The notes below the pieces were generated by a model. It did not search any database. It was given only the letters and a program-made list of their open reading frames with translations, and was not told where the DNA came from. From Eledone cirrhosa (lineage: Eukaryota): a stretch of DNA of 64,000 nucleotides. How positions within the stretch are numbered: the stretch's first letter is position 1; the number at the start of each line of letters is the position of its first letter. Made by a program: the position numbers and the translations under genes. Below, piece after piece: positions 1 to 12,610 of this stretch. Location: positions 25,668,001 to 25,732,000 of the forward strand of contig OZ024762.1 in the NCBI GenBank assembly GCA_964016885.1, given 5' to 3'.

Positions 1-115
1 TCGCCCGAAAGGGGCTTCTCAAGGGTATACAAATCTAGAGAGTGTTCAGTATAGAACCCAGGAGTTTTAAGAATATATATATCCTGATGATTTACTTCTA
101 AAGAAACACACACAC

Positions 116-118
<3 letters not shown>

Positions 119-198
<80 letters not shown>

Positions 199-260
199 CG
201 TGTGCGTGCGCGCGTGTGCGCGTGTGCGTGTGTGTGTGGTGTGTGTGTGTGTGTGTGTGT
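119..260. repeat. (TG)n microsatellite enclosed by a ~35 bp inverted repeat (74-118 / 250-290)
   Basis: TG run; flanks atatcctgatgatttacttctaaagaaacac and gtgtttctttcgaagtaaatcatcatgatat are near reverse complements. Confidence 0.9.
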
Positions 261-727
261 TTCTTTCGAAGTAAATCATCATGATATATATATATATATA
301 TATATATATAATTGAAAATCAGTAAAATCGAATCTCTGGCGGTTTGCAAGTAAATTCGGCCTACTTATATGAAATGATGAGTTAGCAAAGCACTCGATAA
401 GGTAGGGTCTCAGAGTTATAACATACGTTTAAATAGCTTGACAGATCGAACATTGTGGTAGGCTAAACTAACACACAATATATACCAAAGGAACGATAGA
501 ACTAATCAGGTTGAGAAAAATACACCTGGACAAATCAAACGGGCATACGTTTAAAGTGTTTCTCTGAATCCGAAATCAAATATCAGACTTATTTGAATGG
601 CAAGATCGTGGTTTTGGTGACTGAACAGAGGACTCAGTTTATCAACAGGTTTTCGTTCTGCTTAGAACTATATATATATATAGTGACGAAACACAAGTCA
701 ATTGCATGAACTCATAATCCTTTATTT

Positions 728-783
728 ACTGCTATATATATTTCGATGATAGCCATTGAATGGCTATGACCTCATCAGGCAGT
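728..783 (-). ncRNA. Minimal type-I hammerhead ribozyme (Penelope-associated type)
   Basis: Minus strand ACTGC-CTGATGA-GGTCATAGCCATTCAATGGCTATCATC-GAAA-TATATA-TA-GCAGT: stem I ACTGC/GCAGT, stem II ATAGCCAT/ATGGCTAT, palindromic stem III, intact core. Confidence 0.9.
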
Positions 784-1427
784 TAGTCAGTTCTTAGATA
801 TGCCAGCTCTGTGTGTATTGTGTTGATGGTATCAGAGCCTTGGGACATATGAGCTTGTGAGGAATATTTTGATGTTGTCAGCAGGAATAGTCTTGATTCT
901 CATTGGTCAGTTTGTAGATGGTAGTAGGTTGGAAATTGACTTCAAAGAGGCAGGTGGTGTTGTAAAGTTCAAACCGTCAGGCAAGATGACGATAGTTCCA
1001 TATGACTGATTTTCACAAAAGGCATTCTTGGTCAGATATATTTTCAAATAAGGTTAATAGTATGAAATAGATACTACAGGTCATTCTTAAATTGAGGGAT
1101 TTATGAGGAGTGGTGCTACTGAAATTTATGGTTGGAGTAGAAAGTTTACAAATAAAAGGCTTATGTAGGTTGGCTTGCACGTACACTCACACCCACCTCC
1201 ACAGACACACACACACATCCACACATACAATGAGTGGGGTGGTAATACTTAATATAATGGTTAGAGTCCAATACTTAGATAGTTTAGAAAATTTAGAAAT
1301 AAAGGGTTTATGCTGTTTCACTTGTACATACACTCACACCTACCCCCTCTAACACACACATCTACACACACAAATCCATACAGGTGTGTATATATACATA
1401 TGCATGCATGTATGTACGCACAAGTAT

Positions 1428-1473
<46 letters not shown>

Positions 1474-1478
1474 TATAT

Positions 1479-1558
<80 letters not shown>

Positions 1559-1834
1559 TATATACACAGAACATACATATATATAAAATATATACATACA
1601 AAAATATAAAAAAATATAAAAAAATATATATATACATAGAATACACACAAACAAAATATATACACACGTAAAACATACATATATATATATATATATATAA
1701 ATACACACACACATACACACATATATATATAAAATATATACATACAGATACGCACACATATAAAAAAAATACGCATACATACACATATAAAATAGATATA
1801 TATACACATGATACATATACACATATATATATAA

Positions 1835-2245
1835 AATCAGGTTCAATAAAACATTGTTTAGATGACTCCCAACCAGTAGAGGATCCGGTGGACCATCCAC
1901 CATAGGGACCACAAACCATGGGTGGTTGTTGTTGTCCACTGGTCATTGGTACGAGGTGTAGGGGACCTACCGGGGGGGGGGGGCTTGTGGGAGGCCGTAA
2001 CCGGGGTTTATCCATATAGCTTGAGGAAAGTTCCCGTCCTTAGGTGTCTGCAGACACCGAATAAGTCGGCCCTTCTGTTTAATAGATTGGTTCCGCCATG
2101 AAGAATCTCGAGTGTCTCACTAAGACAGAGGTTGCAAATACCAGAACCGCCTCTGTCTGGGGGAACCTTTCTAACCACGGACCAGAGAGTGCGGGGTCTT
2201 TTCAAGTTTGAGCTTCCAGATCAGTTCAGAAAGGGCCGTAATTAT
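1835..2245 (-). mobile_element. Penelope-like element 3' fragment (GIY-YIG C-terminus, probably Naiad-type), frameshifted
   Basis: TALSELIWKLK...W..V.K..P...G..CNLCLSE..EI....LLNRRADLFGVCRH matches the C-terminal motif of one group of PLE endonucleases; bounded by (AT)n. Confidence 0.8.
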
Positions 2246-2246
2246 A

Positions 2247-2282
<36 letters not shown>

Positions 2283-2402
2283 TATAATTAAAATAAATAT
2301 TTATAGCTTACATTTTACATTATATATACATATCTTTTTTAAAAAGACTAATATTGCTTATTTTACAGATTTTGATGTTTGTCTTATTATCATCATTACC
2401 AA

Positions 2403-2433
<31 letters not shown>

Positions 2434-2637
2434 GGCGACCTACGTAGGAAATCTTATTATCGTGAGCTTCGCAAAGGTTTGTTGTTTTCAATTGCCAGTT
2501 ATGGAAAATTTTTGTTGTAAACTTTTTATAAGTTCACATATATTGCTTTCTGAAAAAGACACTCAAAAAGATTGGGGCCTTGAGCCCAAAATTTAAACTT
2601 TTATAATTATCAAACAAAATCTTTCTTCGAAAAAAAC

Positions 2638-4629
2638 ATGGACGGCTCTCAGCCACACAAAGCTGGCAGCCTTCCTAACAGACCAACACATCCCACCACC
2701 ACCACCATTGTAGAAATTACTACAGTTGCCAACACTAAAAATATAAGCACTGGCAATAATTTAAATTTGTCACATGCAGGCATTCATTTCCTGCCATTAC
2801 CATTAACTGCAGGTGTTAAAGCCGCCACCCCCACCACTACAATGTCAAAAAGAAAAACCAACACCACTGATACTACCTCCACCATCACAGCGACAACAGA
2901 AGCCCCCAAAAAATAAATTATTATTGTCTCGTGACATCGAAAAGGATTCTCCCAGAATCGACTCTTCCACGCCGAACACCACTGACACCACCACCTCCTC
3001 AACTGAAACTAAAATTAACAATAACAACAACAACAATAATAATAACAATAACAACAATAAAAATAACAATAACAACATCAATACCAGCGCAAAACCAAAT
3101 GTGTCGTTTGCCAAAGCAGCCAAGAAAAGCGAAACGATCGAGGTAAGCCAGGATGAATTAAATGAAGCCAAGCGAATGGTAAAAAAAGATGGGTACAGGG
3201 TCAGCCTCACCCCCATCTAATAAAATGTAGCATCGGCGCCTATGCACCGTGTTATATCGGATGATAGACACAAAATCACGCCGAGTGGAACGGGCATCTG
3301 AGTCCCAGATACAAAACCTTTGGGACATGTGTGGGCGAAAAACCCCCACATCAGACGTGGGCAGAAATATGGAACCGTGGACGTGTTCTTTGGAATACCA
3401 CAGGAAGCCAGATAGCACTCCATGGCCCCAGTAAGAAGTGACGACTTCACACTCGTCCCAAGCTATTGTGGTCAGAGACTCGTGAAGATCAGGGTGACCC
3501 ACGATCCGCCGGACATCGAAATTCCCTGGCTAATGGCTGCCGTCCTCGCCGGCATCGAGGCCAACACAAAAATAATTGAGGTAACAAAAGAAAAGCAGGA
3601 GAACTAGTCCGGATCTGGGATGGAGTTCCTGATCCAAGTGGTCCAAAAAACATTGATGAAATTCCAGAGGTCATAGACCTCAATGACGGCAGCCACCTGA
3701 CCGTAATCGTTGAGGGTAGAAGGCCTAGATGTGTCGTTTGTGGCGAAGGAACCCACCTAAAGGCTTTCTGCCCTCAGGCTAAAAAGTTGAGGCCACCTCT
3801 CCTACCTACCTCAGTGACTCAACCATCAAAACCACCAGCAGCAGAAATGGCAGCAACAACTGTAGCAGCAACAACAAAAGCAACTGTATCAGCAACAACC
3901 CCAGCAATAGTAGCAAAACCAACACCACCACCACCCACCACGCCAGAATTAGCACCAGCGCCTCCACCATCCACCACGCCACAACCAAAACCAATGCCTG
4001 TGGAGGATTTTCCACTCCCCGACCTATCCCAACAGGAGACAGATTGTGACGATGAGGAGGAGTGGGAAATGGTATAAGGAAAAAAGAAAAAGAAAAAAAG
4101 AACCCCAAAAAGAAAAAAATCCTCTTCCTTCGCTCTCCAAAAACAAAATGCAGGCGGAAACAAATAAGCAAACAAACAAAAAAGTTAAGACAGCTATGCC
4201 ACCACCCACACCAGCATCACCAGCCCCATCACCACCAACACCAACACCATCATTAACCCCACAAACACCATCACCAACACCACAAAAATCACCAAAAAGC
4301 GAAACAGAAACAAACCCACAACAAAGGCAAACAAAATAAAACAACCAAAACGATACACACTACACAGAATTAAATTTGAACAACAACCAGTTATTACACT
4401 ACATCCAACACAACACCAGCATCACAGAAAAAGACTACACAACACCCCAAAAATTCACATCACCTCCACACATAAAACGTACACGACACTAAAACAAAAA
4501 TTCCCCAAGGACATTGGAGACTTCAGACAAACTCTCTCAAAGGGGATTTATAAGGACATCCTTCCGGAGGAGGCCACAAGCAGTGAGAAGGATGGAGAAA
4601 CCATCCTTCCTCTACGAGAAGTGAGGTAA
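2638..4629 (+). pseudogene. LINE ORF1 (gag-like nucleic-acid-binding protein), disrupted by stops and frameshifts
   Basis: SFAKAAK motif, VEGRRPRCVVCGEGTHLKAFC (CX2CX4HX4C knuckle at ~3730-3771), Pro/Thr-rich tail, EWEMV followed by a Lys run. Confidence 0.75.
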
Positions 4630-4664
4630 GTGGTCTTTCCCATCTTTTTCCACTCCTTTCCAGC

Positions 4665-5419
4665 ATGACCTCACTCAGAATAGGCAGCATAAATGTGCGT
4701 GGCCTGAGGTCGTCATGGAAGCAGGGTCACCTGCTCAACAACCTCAGGTCACTAAACATAGATGTAGTGGCCATCAGCGAGACCAGAATCTCCGAAGCAC
4801 GAGCCTTCGCACCGATCTTCGGCGGCTACGATGTGTACGCATCTCCCAGCCGTCCTGGGTCGGGGGGAGGTGGTGCTGTGCTTTTTCGGAGAGGTTTGGA
4901 TCTCGCCATACGGGTCATCTTCCTGGATCCAGAAGGTAAGTTGGTGGTGCTGGACGTGACCAGCGGAGACAGGCAAGCTTTCAGGCTAGTGGCCGTCTAT
5001 GCCCCGACAGGGGCTGGGCGGCCTGATTTCTTCCGGCATCTGGAGACCTTTCTTGGAACGTCCCGCTCTTTAGTGTTAGTGGGCGATTGGTAGGGGATCT
5101 TAGATGCACGCTCGACTGTGTGGGATTAGCGGATAGGGGAGGAGTGTGTAATAGCCTCATAAATCTGCTCAGACGGTTTCAACTGTCTGCCAGGTACCGT
5201 TTGAATTTCCCGAATGTGACAATGTGGACATGGACAAACCGCATCGGGTCATCCAGATCATATCTAGATAGGGTATTTTGTAGGGAAATAGATAGGTCTA
5301 GCGTAGGCTGTCCACATTTCAAAATAGTCGACTACACGGACCCCACATTTGTGATCTGTGAGGTTGACATAGATAGGCTTCATAGACAGGGGCCCAGCTA
5401 CTGGAAGCTTAACGCGTAA
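4665..5419 (+). pseudogene. LINE ORF2 apurinic/apyrimidinic (APE) endonuclease domain, truncated
   Basis: IGSINVRGL, AISETR, VAVYAP, LVGDW, WTWTN...SYLDRVF, YTD(H>P), GPSYWKLN are L1/Tx1 endonuclease motifs; stop at 5091-5093. Confidence 0.9.
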
Positions 5420-5539
5420 CAGCGCGTTACATCCTCTGGGTTTTTTTTCTTTTTACACGCAGAAAGGCCCATTTGTACCGTCCTGTATTGTTCTGTATTG
5501 TCCTTAATGTCTTACTTTGTGTAAACCCTTGTGGTTAAT

Positions 5540-6135
5540 AAAGAAAGCATTATTATTATGGTCTCGCCGTCTTCCTTCGAGGAGGAAGCGCAGGCGGTTT
5601 TCATCTGTCTGGTGGCCATGGCGAAAGAGATTATGTGGTGGACAAGGTTGAAAGGGTTAAAGACAGATACTTTCCTCTTCGGCGAATCCCTGATTAACTT
5701 TTTTCAATCAGGGTGGAGAGGCAAGTGCTGCCTTCTAGCAAGTTTGTTGAAAGGTGGGTAAATGTAGCGAGAATGGTCCGAGTGAACGGGACCGCTCTGA
5801 ATATAGGTCTGTAGTTTGAGGAATGGGAGAAAATTGAGAGAGGGTGCTTGCCCTGGTGGTCAGGGTGGCCGCGGTCTTTTCTGTGGTTTTCGCCACGAGT
5901 ATCCCCCGGGGGTTCCCCTCTATTGGGGAATTTTTCATTGTTTGAATTTTCATTTTTATTGTTTATATATATATATGTTTCTATGTCTCTTTTCTTTTTC
6001 GTTTCTCATATAAATAATAAAAATCTTTACACGCACAAAACCCACATCGTACCGTCCTGTACCGTCCTGTATTGTCTGTAATGTTTTTCTTGGTGTCAGC
6101 CCTTGTGGCCAATAAAGAAATCATTATTATTATTA
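5540..6135 (+). mobile_element. Tx1-type LINE 3' fragment (ORF2 C-terminus, 3' UTR, (ATT)n tail)
   Basis: AVFICLVAMAKEIMWWTRLKGL...FVERWVNVARM; tail cccttgtggccaataaagaaatc(att)n. Confidence 0.8.
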
Positions 6136-6318
6136 TTCATGCATAGTTTATTTTATATTTTTATATTTTCATTGTTCAATTAGTCTTGCCATTGTGCATT
6201 TTTACTCGACCTTATTGTAAACCCCCACTGACCCTGTCTTTGTATTGTACCCTACATGTCGGCCCTTGTGGCTAATAAATGAAATCATTATTATTATTAT
6301 TATTATTGTTATTATTAT
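6136..6318 (+). mobile_element. Tx1-type LINE 3' UTR fragment
   Basis: Near-identical to the reverse complement of ~45335-45500; ends ggcccttgtggctaataaatgaaatc(att)n. Confidence 0.8.
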
Positions 6319-6757
6319 TCTTTCTAGCATATAGTTACGTCCCTTTACGGTCTGTGTTCAAATCCCGCCACGTTTAACTTTGCCTTTTATCCTTACGGGG
6401 TCGATAAAATAAAGTACCAGTAATACACTGGTATAATTGCTGGCCTTGTGCCAAAACTAGAAACAATTATTATTATTATCATCATTGATGAATAGATCGT
6501 TTATACACTGCAACTATTTTATTTCTATTTATTATATTAATAATATTTGTTATATTATTATTTTTGTTGTTGTTATTGTTGCTGTTATTGTTGGTGTTAT
6601 TATTGTTGTTGTTGGTGTTATTGTTGGTGTTGTAGTCGTCGATATTGTCGTTGTTATTGTTATTCATCCTTACGGGGTCGATAAAATAAAGTACCAGTAA
6701 TGTACTGGGTAATTTGCTGGCCTTGTGCCTAACATAGAAACAGTTATTATTATTATT
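6319..6757 (+). mobile_element. Two 5'-truncated tRNA-derived SINE copies (6319-6480, 6663-6757)
   Basis: B-box gttcaaatcc, core ccttacggggtcgataaaataaagtaccag, tail ggccttgtgcc...agaaacaattatt. Confidence 0.9.
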
Positions 6758-7190
6758 GTTGGTGTTATTCTTGTTGTTATTGGTGTTGTTGTTATTGTTG
6801 TTATTATTAATGTTGTTGTTGTTACTGTCGGTGTTGTTACTGTTATTATTAGTGTTGTTGTTACTGTCGGTGTTATTGTTATTATTGTTGTTACTGTTGT
6901 TATTATTAGTGTCGTTGTTGTTACTGTCGGTGTTATTGTTATTATTGTTGGTATAGTTGTTGTTATTAGTGCTGTTGTTACTGTCGGTGTTGTTATTGTT
7001 ATTATTGTTGTTATAGTTGTTGTTATTACTGTCGGTGTTGTTATTATTGTTGTTATCGTTGTTGTTATTAGTGTTGTTGTTGTTACTGTCGGTGTTGTTA
7101 TTATTGTTGTTATTGTTGTTGTTATTAGTGTTGTTGTTGTTACTGTCGGTGTTATTATTGTTATTATTGTTGTTATTGTTATCATTATTG
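6758..7190. repeat. (GTT/ATT)n-derived minisatellite with GTTACTGTCGGT landmarks
   Basis: Direct reading. Confidence 0.9.
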
Positions 7191-7329
7191 TATGAATGTT
7201 AAGCATTCAACGTGTGACTTCCCGCACAGTAATAATTTATTCATAAAAATCTTTAGACGTTTGTTTTTTTAATTCCGGTTTATTTATTGAATTTTCGTCG
7301 GCTGCTTTCTTTCAATTTTATGAATCATG

Positions 7330-8510
7330 CATCTCCGCCTTTCTCGTCTTTCTCTCTCACCACCTCACTCGCCCCCTCTCTCCTCTGTGTCACCACCTCG
7401 CTTTCTTCTCCCTCTTCTGTCTCCCTACCTCGCTCCGCCCTCTCTATCTCTCCTCTGTGTCACCACCTCGCTTTCTTCTCCCTCTTCTCTCTCACCACCT
7501 CGCTCTCCCCCTTTCGTCTTTCTTCTGTCTCCCCACCTCACACTCTCTCTCGCTTCCATCTCTCTCTCTGCATCTCACTCTTTCTCTCTCTCTCGTCTCT
7601 CTCTCTGTATCTCACCCTCTCTTCCGTTTCTCTCTCCTCTGTCTCCCCACCTCTGTTCCGTCTCTCTCTCTCTTCCTTCTGTCTCCCCACCTAGCTCCCG
7701 CTCTCTGTTATCCCACTCTCTCTCCCTCCCGATCATCCGTCTCTCTCTCTCTCTCTCTCTACCTGCCACTCTTCCGTCTCTCCCTCTCTCTGTCTTCCTT
7801 CCAATTTCATCTCCCTCCCTACAAACCGTCTCTCTTTCTTCATCTCTCATATCTCTCTCTCTCTCCCGCGTCTTTAACTTCTTTTCTATTTACTTCTTTC
7901 TCTTCCTTCCTCTTAATCTTCTCTCCTAATTTTTCCTTCCTCTCCATTCATTTATACCACACTCTCTCACTGTCCTGTCTTTCTCTCTCTCTCTCGTCTT
8001 ATCTTAATTCTTCTTCATTTACTTCTCTCCTACACATCTCTCTCCCTTCATCTAAGCCACTCTCTCTCTCTCACTCTCCCATCTCTCGTCTTTTTCTTAC
8101 TTTTTCACCACCTTCTCTCCTACACATATCTCCCTTCGTCTAAATTACTCTCTCTCAAATCTTTCTCTATCTCTTCTCTCCTACGCACATCTCCCTTCGT
8201 CTAAATTACTCTCTCACTAACCCGCCTCTCTCTGCACTTTCTCTCCTACACATCTCTCCCTTCGTCTAAATTACTCTCTCTCACTAACCCGTCTCTCTCT
8301 CTCTCTCCTACACATCTATCCCTTCGTCTAAATTACTCTCTCTCTCACTCTCCCGTCTCTCTCTCACTCTCCCTAGTCTCACTTTCTCTCATTCTCACCA
8401 ACAGATCTTTCCCTTCGACTACAACACTCTCACACACTCTCACGTCTCTCTTTTCTTCCTTCTAATTACGTCTCTCTCCCTCCCCCGACCCTTCGTCTCT
8501 CTCCCTCCCT
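7330..8510. repeat. CT-rich polypyrimidine low-complexity tract with short internal repeats
   Basis: Direct reading; ctacacatctctcccttcgtctaaattactctctc repeated about 4 times at 8120-8345. Confidence 0.9.
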
Positions 8511-9028
8511 TTGTATAGAGAGATTCCAAATACTGAACTCAGCATTGTTACAATTTCTTTCATCTGATGTTCATATTTATTTTTCTATTATTTTCTTCCT
8601 CTTAAATGTATTTTATTCTATTTTATTTTAAAATAACGTAGCTTTCTGGTTAAGGTGTTCGGCTGACGATTTTAGGGTTTGTGAGTTCGACTACTGAAGA
8701 TAAAATATGTCCTTGAGCACAGCAGTTATCACATTTTATTTCACGTTTCTCCTGCCAGTTGAAAAAGAATCTGTTGTACTTGTGTTTCAAATGGCAGGTT
8801 TTGTCGCACCCTGTATTACGCAAAATCCTCCTCTGAAATACGTATTATGTCATTGATCAAGACAAGTTATTTCATATATCTCCAGTTTAGTCCAGTCACG
8901 TGTCAAAAAAGACAATTGCAGTTTTGTTTCAAATGACCAGCTTTATCAAATATTGTGTTAAGCCGAATCTCCCTGAGAACTATGCATTGTGTTTGTGTCA
9001 TTGAGGAAGACAAATTATTTCATGTGTT

Positions 9029-9109
<81 letters not shown>

Positions 9110-9864
9110 CATCCAAAGTGTGAATATGTAAAAGGGCGAGAAAAAAGAAAAAAAGAGGAAAGAAGAAGAAAAGAGGAAAGAAGAAGAAAAGAGGAAAGAA
9201 GAAGAAAAGAGGAAAGAAGAAGAAAAGAAGAAGAAGAAGAAGAAGAAGAAGAAGAAGAAGAAGAAGAAGAAGAAGAAGAAGAAGAAGAAGAAAGAGGGAA
9301 GAAAATAGAAGAAAAAGAAATAGAGAAAAAACGAAAGAAAAAATAACAATTGGTTTCCGAGAATATTTTTAGAAATTGTGTTTGTATTGTATTGTTATGA
9401 TATTGTTTCAATACGTACTGTTTCATACTTTGGCAATACATAACAAACACAAATAATTATACCAACATGGATGATCCATAGGAATATAAGGAAAGCTATA
9501 TATATATGTGTGTGGGGGGGGGGGGGGTATCAAAAACACGAACAACCTCATCAACAGCAATACCAATAACAACAACAATAACAGCAACAGCAACAACAAC
9601 AACACCACCACCACCACCACCAACAACAACAACTTAGAGAAACGTTTTAAAAACTCAATTCCTTCCTCCAAAACCTAAAATGAATTATTCATAGCTCAAA
9701 GTCAAATGTTGAATTAATATCACAAGTATGCATCTTTTTCATTTCTTCCCCGTTTTTTCTCTCTCGGAACTTTCTATTATATTTCTACATGGTATAGTTG
9801 CCAATATGCTGAGTAAAATATCACAGAATTGTGCGGCGGAGACAGGGGTGGAAGAGAGGAGGTA

Positions 9865-10368
9865 TTGTGTGATGTGGTGTGGTGTAGTGTGGTGTGGTGT
9901 AGTGTGGTGTAGTGGTGTGTGGTGTAGTGTAGTGTCGTGTAGTGTGGTGTGTTGTGGTGTGGTGTGTGCTGTAGTGTGGTGTGGTACAGTGTAGTGTGGT
10001 GGTGTGTAGTGTAATGTAATGTAATGTAATGTAATGTAATGTAATGTAATGTGGTGTGGTGTGGTGTGGTGTGGTGTGGTGTGGTGTGGTGTGGGGGTAA
10101 AGTGTGGTGTAGTGTGGTGTAGTATAGTGTAGTGTGGTGTGGTATAGTGTGGTGTGGTATAGTGTGGTGTGCTAGTGTAGTGTAGTGTAGTGTAGTGTAG
10201 TGTAGTGTAGTGTAGTGTAGTGTAGTGTAGTGTAGTGTAGTGTAGTGTATTGCAGTGCAGTGTAGTGTGCAGTAGTGTGTTGTGGAGTGGTGTAGAAGGT
10301 GTGGTGTAGTGTAGTGAATTGTAGTGTGCAATGGTGTGGTGTGGAGTGGTGTGGTGTAGTGTGTTGTG
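9865..10368. repeat. (GTGTA/GTGTG/GTAAT)n pentanucleotide repeat
   Basis: Direct reading. Confidence 0.95.
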
Positions 10369-10394
10369 GTATATATATATAAATATATATATAT

Positions 10395-11028
10395 AAATGA
10401 ACACTGGCGAGACCTTCAAGATAGTAAAGAATCATCTGTACTCTACCAACATGCTAAAATAGAATATAAGGGTAAATTAGAGAATATAGAAATAAAAATA
10501 GAATCTACACACAGAAAAGACGCAATGTTTAGACAAATCACAGAGGCAATAAACATAAATGAATTACAACCATAATTAAATAGAAAACATGAGTGGAACA
10601 GCAACATCACAACTTACAATTAAGGACAAAATGAAAACACACACGCACATAGAACAAACAACCAACCAGTAACATGTAAATAAACAAATAAATAAACGAA
10701 TATAAACACACACAGACACCCGGATGTAACACATGCGCAAACTAAGCACACAACACACACACAAAAACAAGATGGCGTAGGACAGAACAAAGGAGAGGCA
10801 CAAAAAACAAAGAAAAGAATCCCCCAGTCACTGAAGAGGTCACAGAATGTGTGACGAAAGAACTTTGACAATATATAAACAACCATCTGGTTGTGGAACC
10901 AACCAACCAACCAACCGGAAATTTATAAATTCCTAAATTTATAAATTTATTATAATAAATTGAAGTGAAATCACATGGTGCGTGTGTTTCTTATTGGCAA
11001 CATGACCCTCCCAAAGTATAACAATATC
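10395..11028 (+). mobile_element. Penelope-like element 3' fragment: GIY-YIG C-terminus plus pLTR
   Basis: EHWRDL...SVLYQHA...RQITEAINI...P*LNRKHEW; downstream hammerhead; the terminal ~170 bp recurs at 19255-19425 (+) and a related terminus lies at ~63750-63790 (-). Confidence 0.8.
10827..10869 (+). ncRNA. Minimal type-I hammerhead ribozyme
   Basis: GTCA-CTGAAGA-G GTCACA GAATG TGTGAC-GAAA-GAAC-TT-TGAC; stem I GTCA/TGAC, stem II GTCACA/TGTGAC. Confidence 0.8.
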
Positions 11029-11079
11029 GGTTTCAACACAGGTTTTCAGATAAAGAATCTTGCTACACAAATTCAGAAA

Positions 11080-11117
<38 letters not shown>

Positions 11118-11307
11118 TAGTGTGATATATTTATATATATATATAGTAATGTGGTATACTATATATATATATATAGTAGTTTGGTATACTTATATATATA
11201 TATAGTAGTTTGGTATACTTATATATATATATATAATATATATATATATATATAAAACGATAAGTTCTTGTTTTTGGGATATGTCAATATTTATAACACA
11301 ACTTTTG

Positions 11308-11368
11308 TATTTTATCTGATGAGGGCGTACCAAAATGTTGGTACCCTTGAAATATATATAATAAAATA
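11308..11368 (+). ncRNA. Minimal type-I hammerhead ribozyme within a repeat at 11256-11415
   Basis: TATTTTAT-CTGATGA-GGGCGTACCAAAATGTTGGTACCCTT-GAAA-TATATA-TA-ATAAAATA; 8 bp stem I, stem II GTACCAA/TTGGTAC. Confidence 0.85.
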
Positions 11369-11438
11369 AATATGGTTTTATAAAGATAGTCTCCATTGAT
11401 TAATATCATTGATTTATATATATATATATGTATATATA

Positions 11439-11645
11439 TATGAAAAGATTCAGGACCCAAACGGCTGAGCTCCTGCCGTTACGACAGCTAGATCCGAACA
11501 AGAGTTCGGATGATCTAACTGTCGAAACGGCCAGAGCTCAGCCGCCGAGGTCCTGAATCTTTTCATATTACCCACTCTACTACTCTAAGTATCGAGGACT
11601 CTGGTGCGTTATGGCCCACCTGGTATTTTACCACACCCTATTTGG
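11439..11645 (+). mobile_element. Fold-back element (~130 bp palindrome plus ~75 bp tail), copy 1 of 5
   Basis: tatgaaaagattcaggacc...ggtcctgaatcttttcata, then ttacccactctactac...ggtgcgttatgg...accacac. Confidence 0.85.
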
Positions 11646-12610
11646 TGTGCGTGCGTGCATGCGTGCGTGCGTGGGTGCGTGCGTGCGTGCGTGCGTGCGT
11701 GCGTGTGTGTGTGTGTTCCGAGTTAAATCGGGGGTAACCACAGTAATAAAGTACTCAAAACATAGTATAAATATTTAATATAGAAATGGGTTCTACAGGA
11801 CTAGACCTGTTTCACTCATATATATATATATAGGAAATTTTCTTCATACTTAAATGTAAGAACTCTATCTTTAAAAATTACTTATCTCTTATAAATTATT
11901 ATTTTTTTTTATTTTCTCAATATCTTTTATTAGATTTATAAACACTAACTAATTCTGGCTAAATATATCTTTCAACATTTATACTTATTTTGACAAAATA
12001 GTCTCATACTAACAAATAAATAAACACAACTGGGGTTTTTTCGTATCTTCCCATTTTAAAATATATAAATATTCTTATTAACTCAGTTAACTGAATTTAA
12101 TTTAACTTAATATTTACTTACATTAAATACAAAAAAAATATCCCTCATAACTCACTTAAACAATTATCTATAAAACGATATATCCATCTATTCATTTATT
12201 TATTTATTTATCTATTTATTTATTTATTTATTTTCTATCTATTTTTCCATCTATTTATTTTTCTATCTACTTATAACAGAACATATTATATTAGAAAAGA
12301 ATGTTAACTAATTAATCGTAAATACAAGTACTATTAGATATATACTTAGAATTTATTTCCCCCAAATTAACGTTATATGAGTTTTATTCATCCACTTGTT
12401 ATTTTCTTCTCTCTATCTCTCTCGTAATATTTTTTATCTCTTCCTCCAGTGTCATTTAAAGAAACGGTTGTTTTTCAATTATTTACATATTCATTTGCAT
12501 ATTCACACATAAGTTTGAATAATCCCTAATATATTTCCACTATCCAGTGAATTTTCAACCGATAAGGTATGATTTTCATGGGTATGTCTCTATTTATAAA
12601 ACAAACTTTG

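Larger units (their letters stand above)
2433..5539 (+). mobile_element. Tx1/L1-type non-LTR retrotransposon, internally deleted (no RT domain)
   Basis: Starts right after (ATT)n; ORF1 with zinc knuckle, ORF2 APE endonuclease, then jumps to a 3' UTR ending aataaagaaagc(att)n. Confidence 0.85.
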
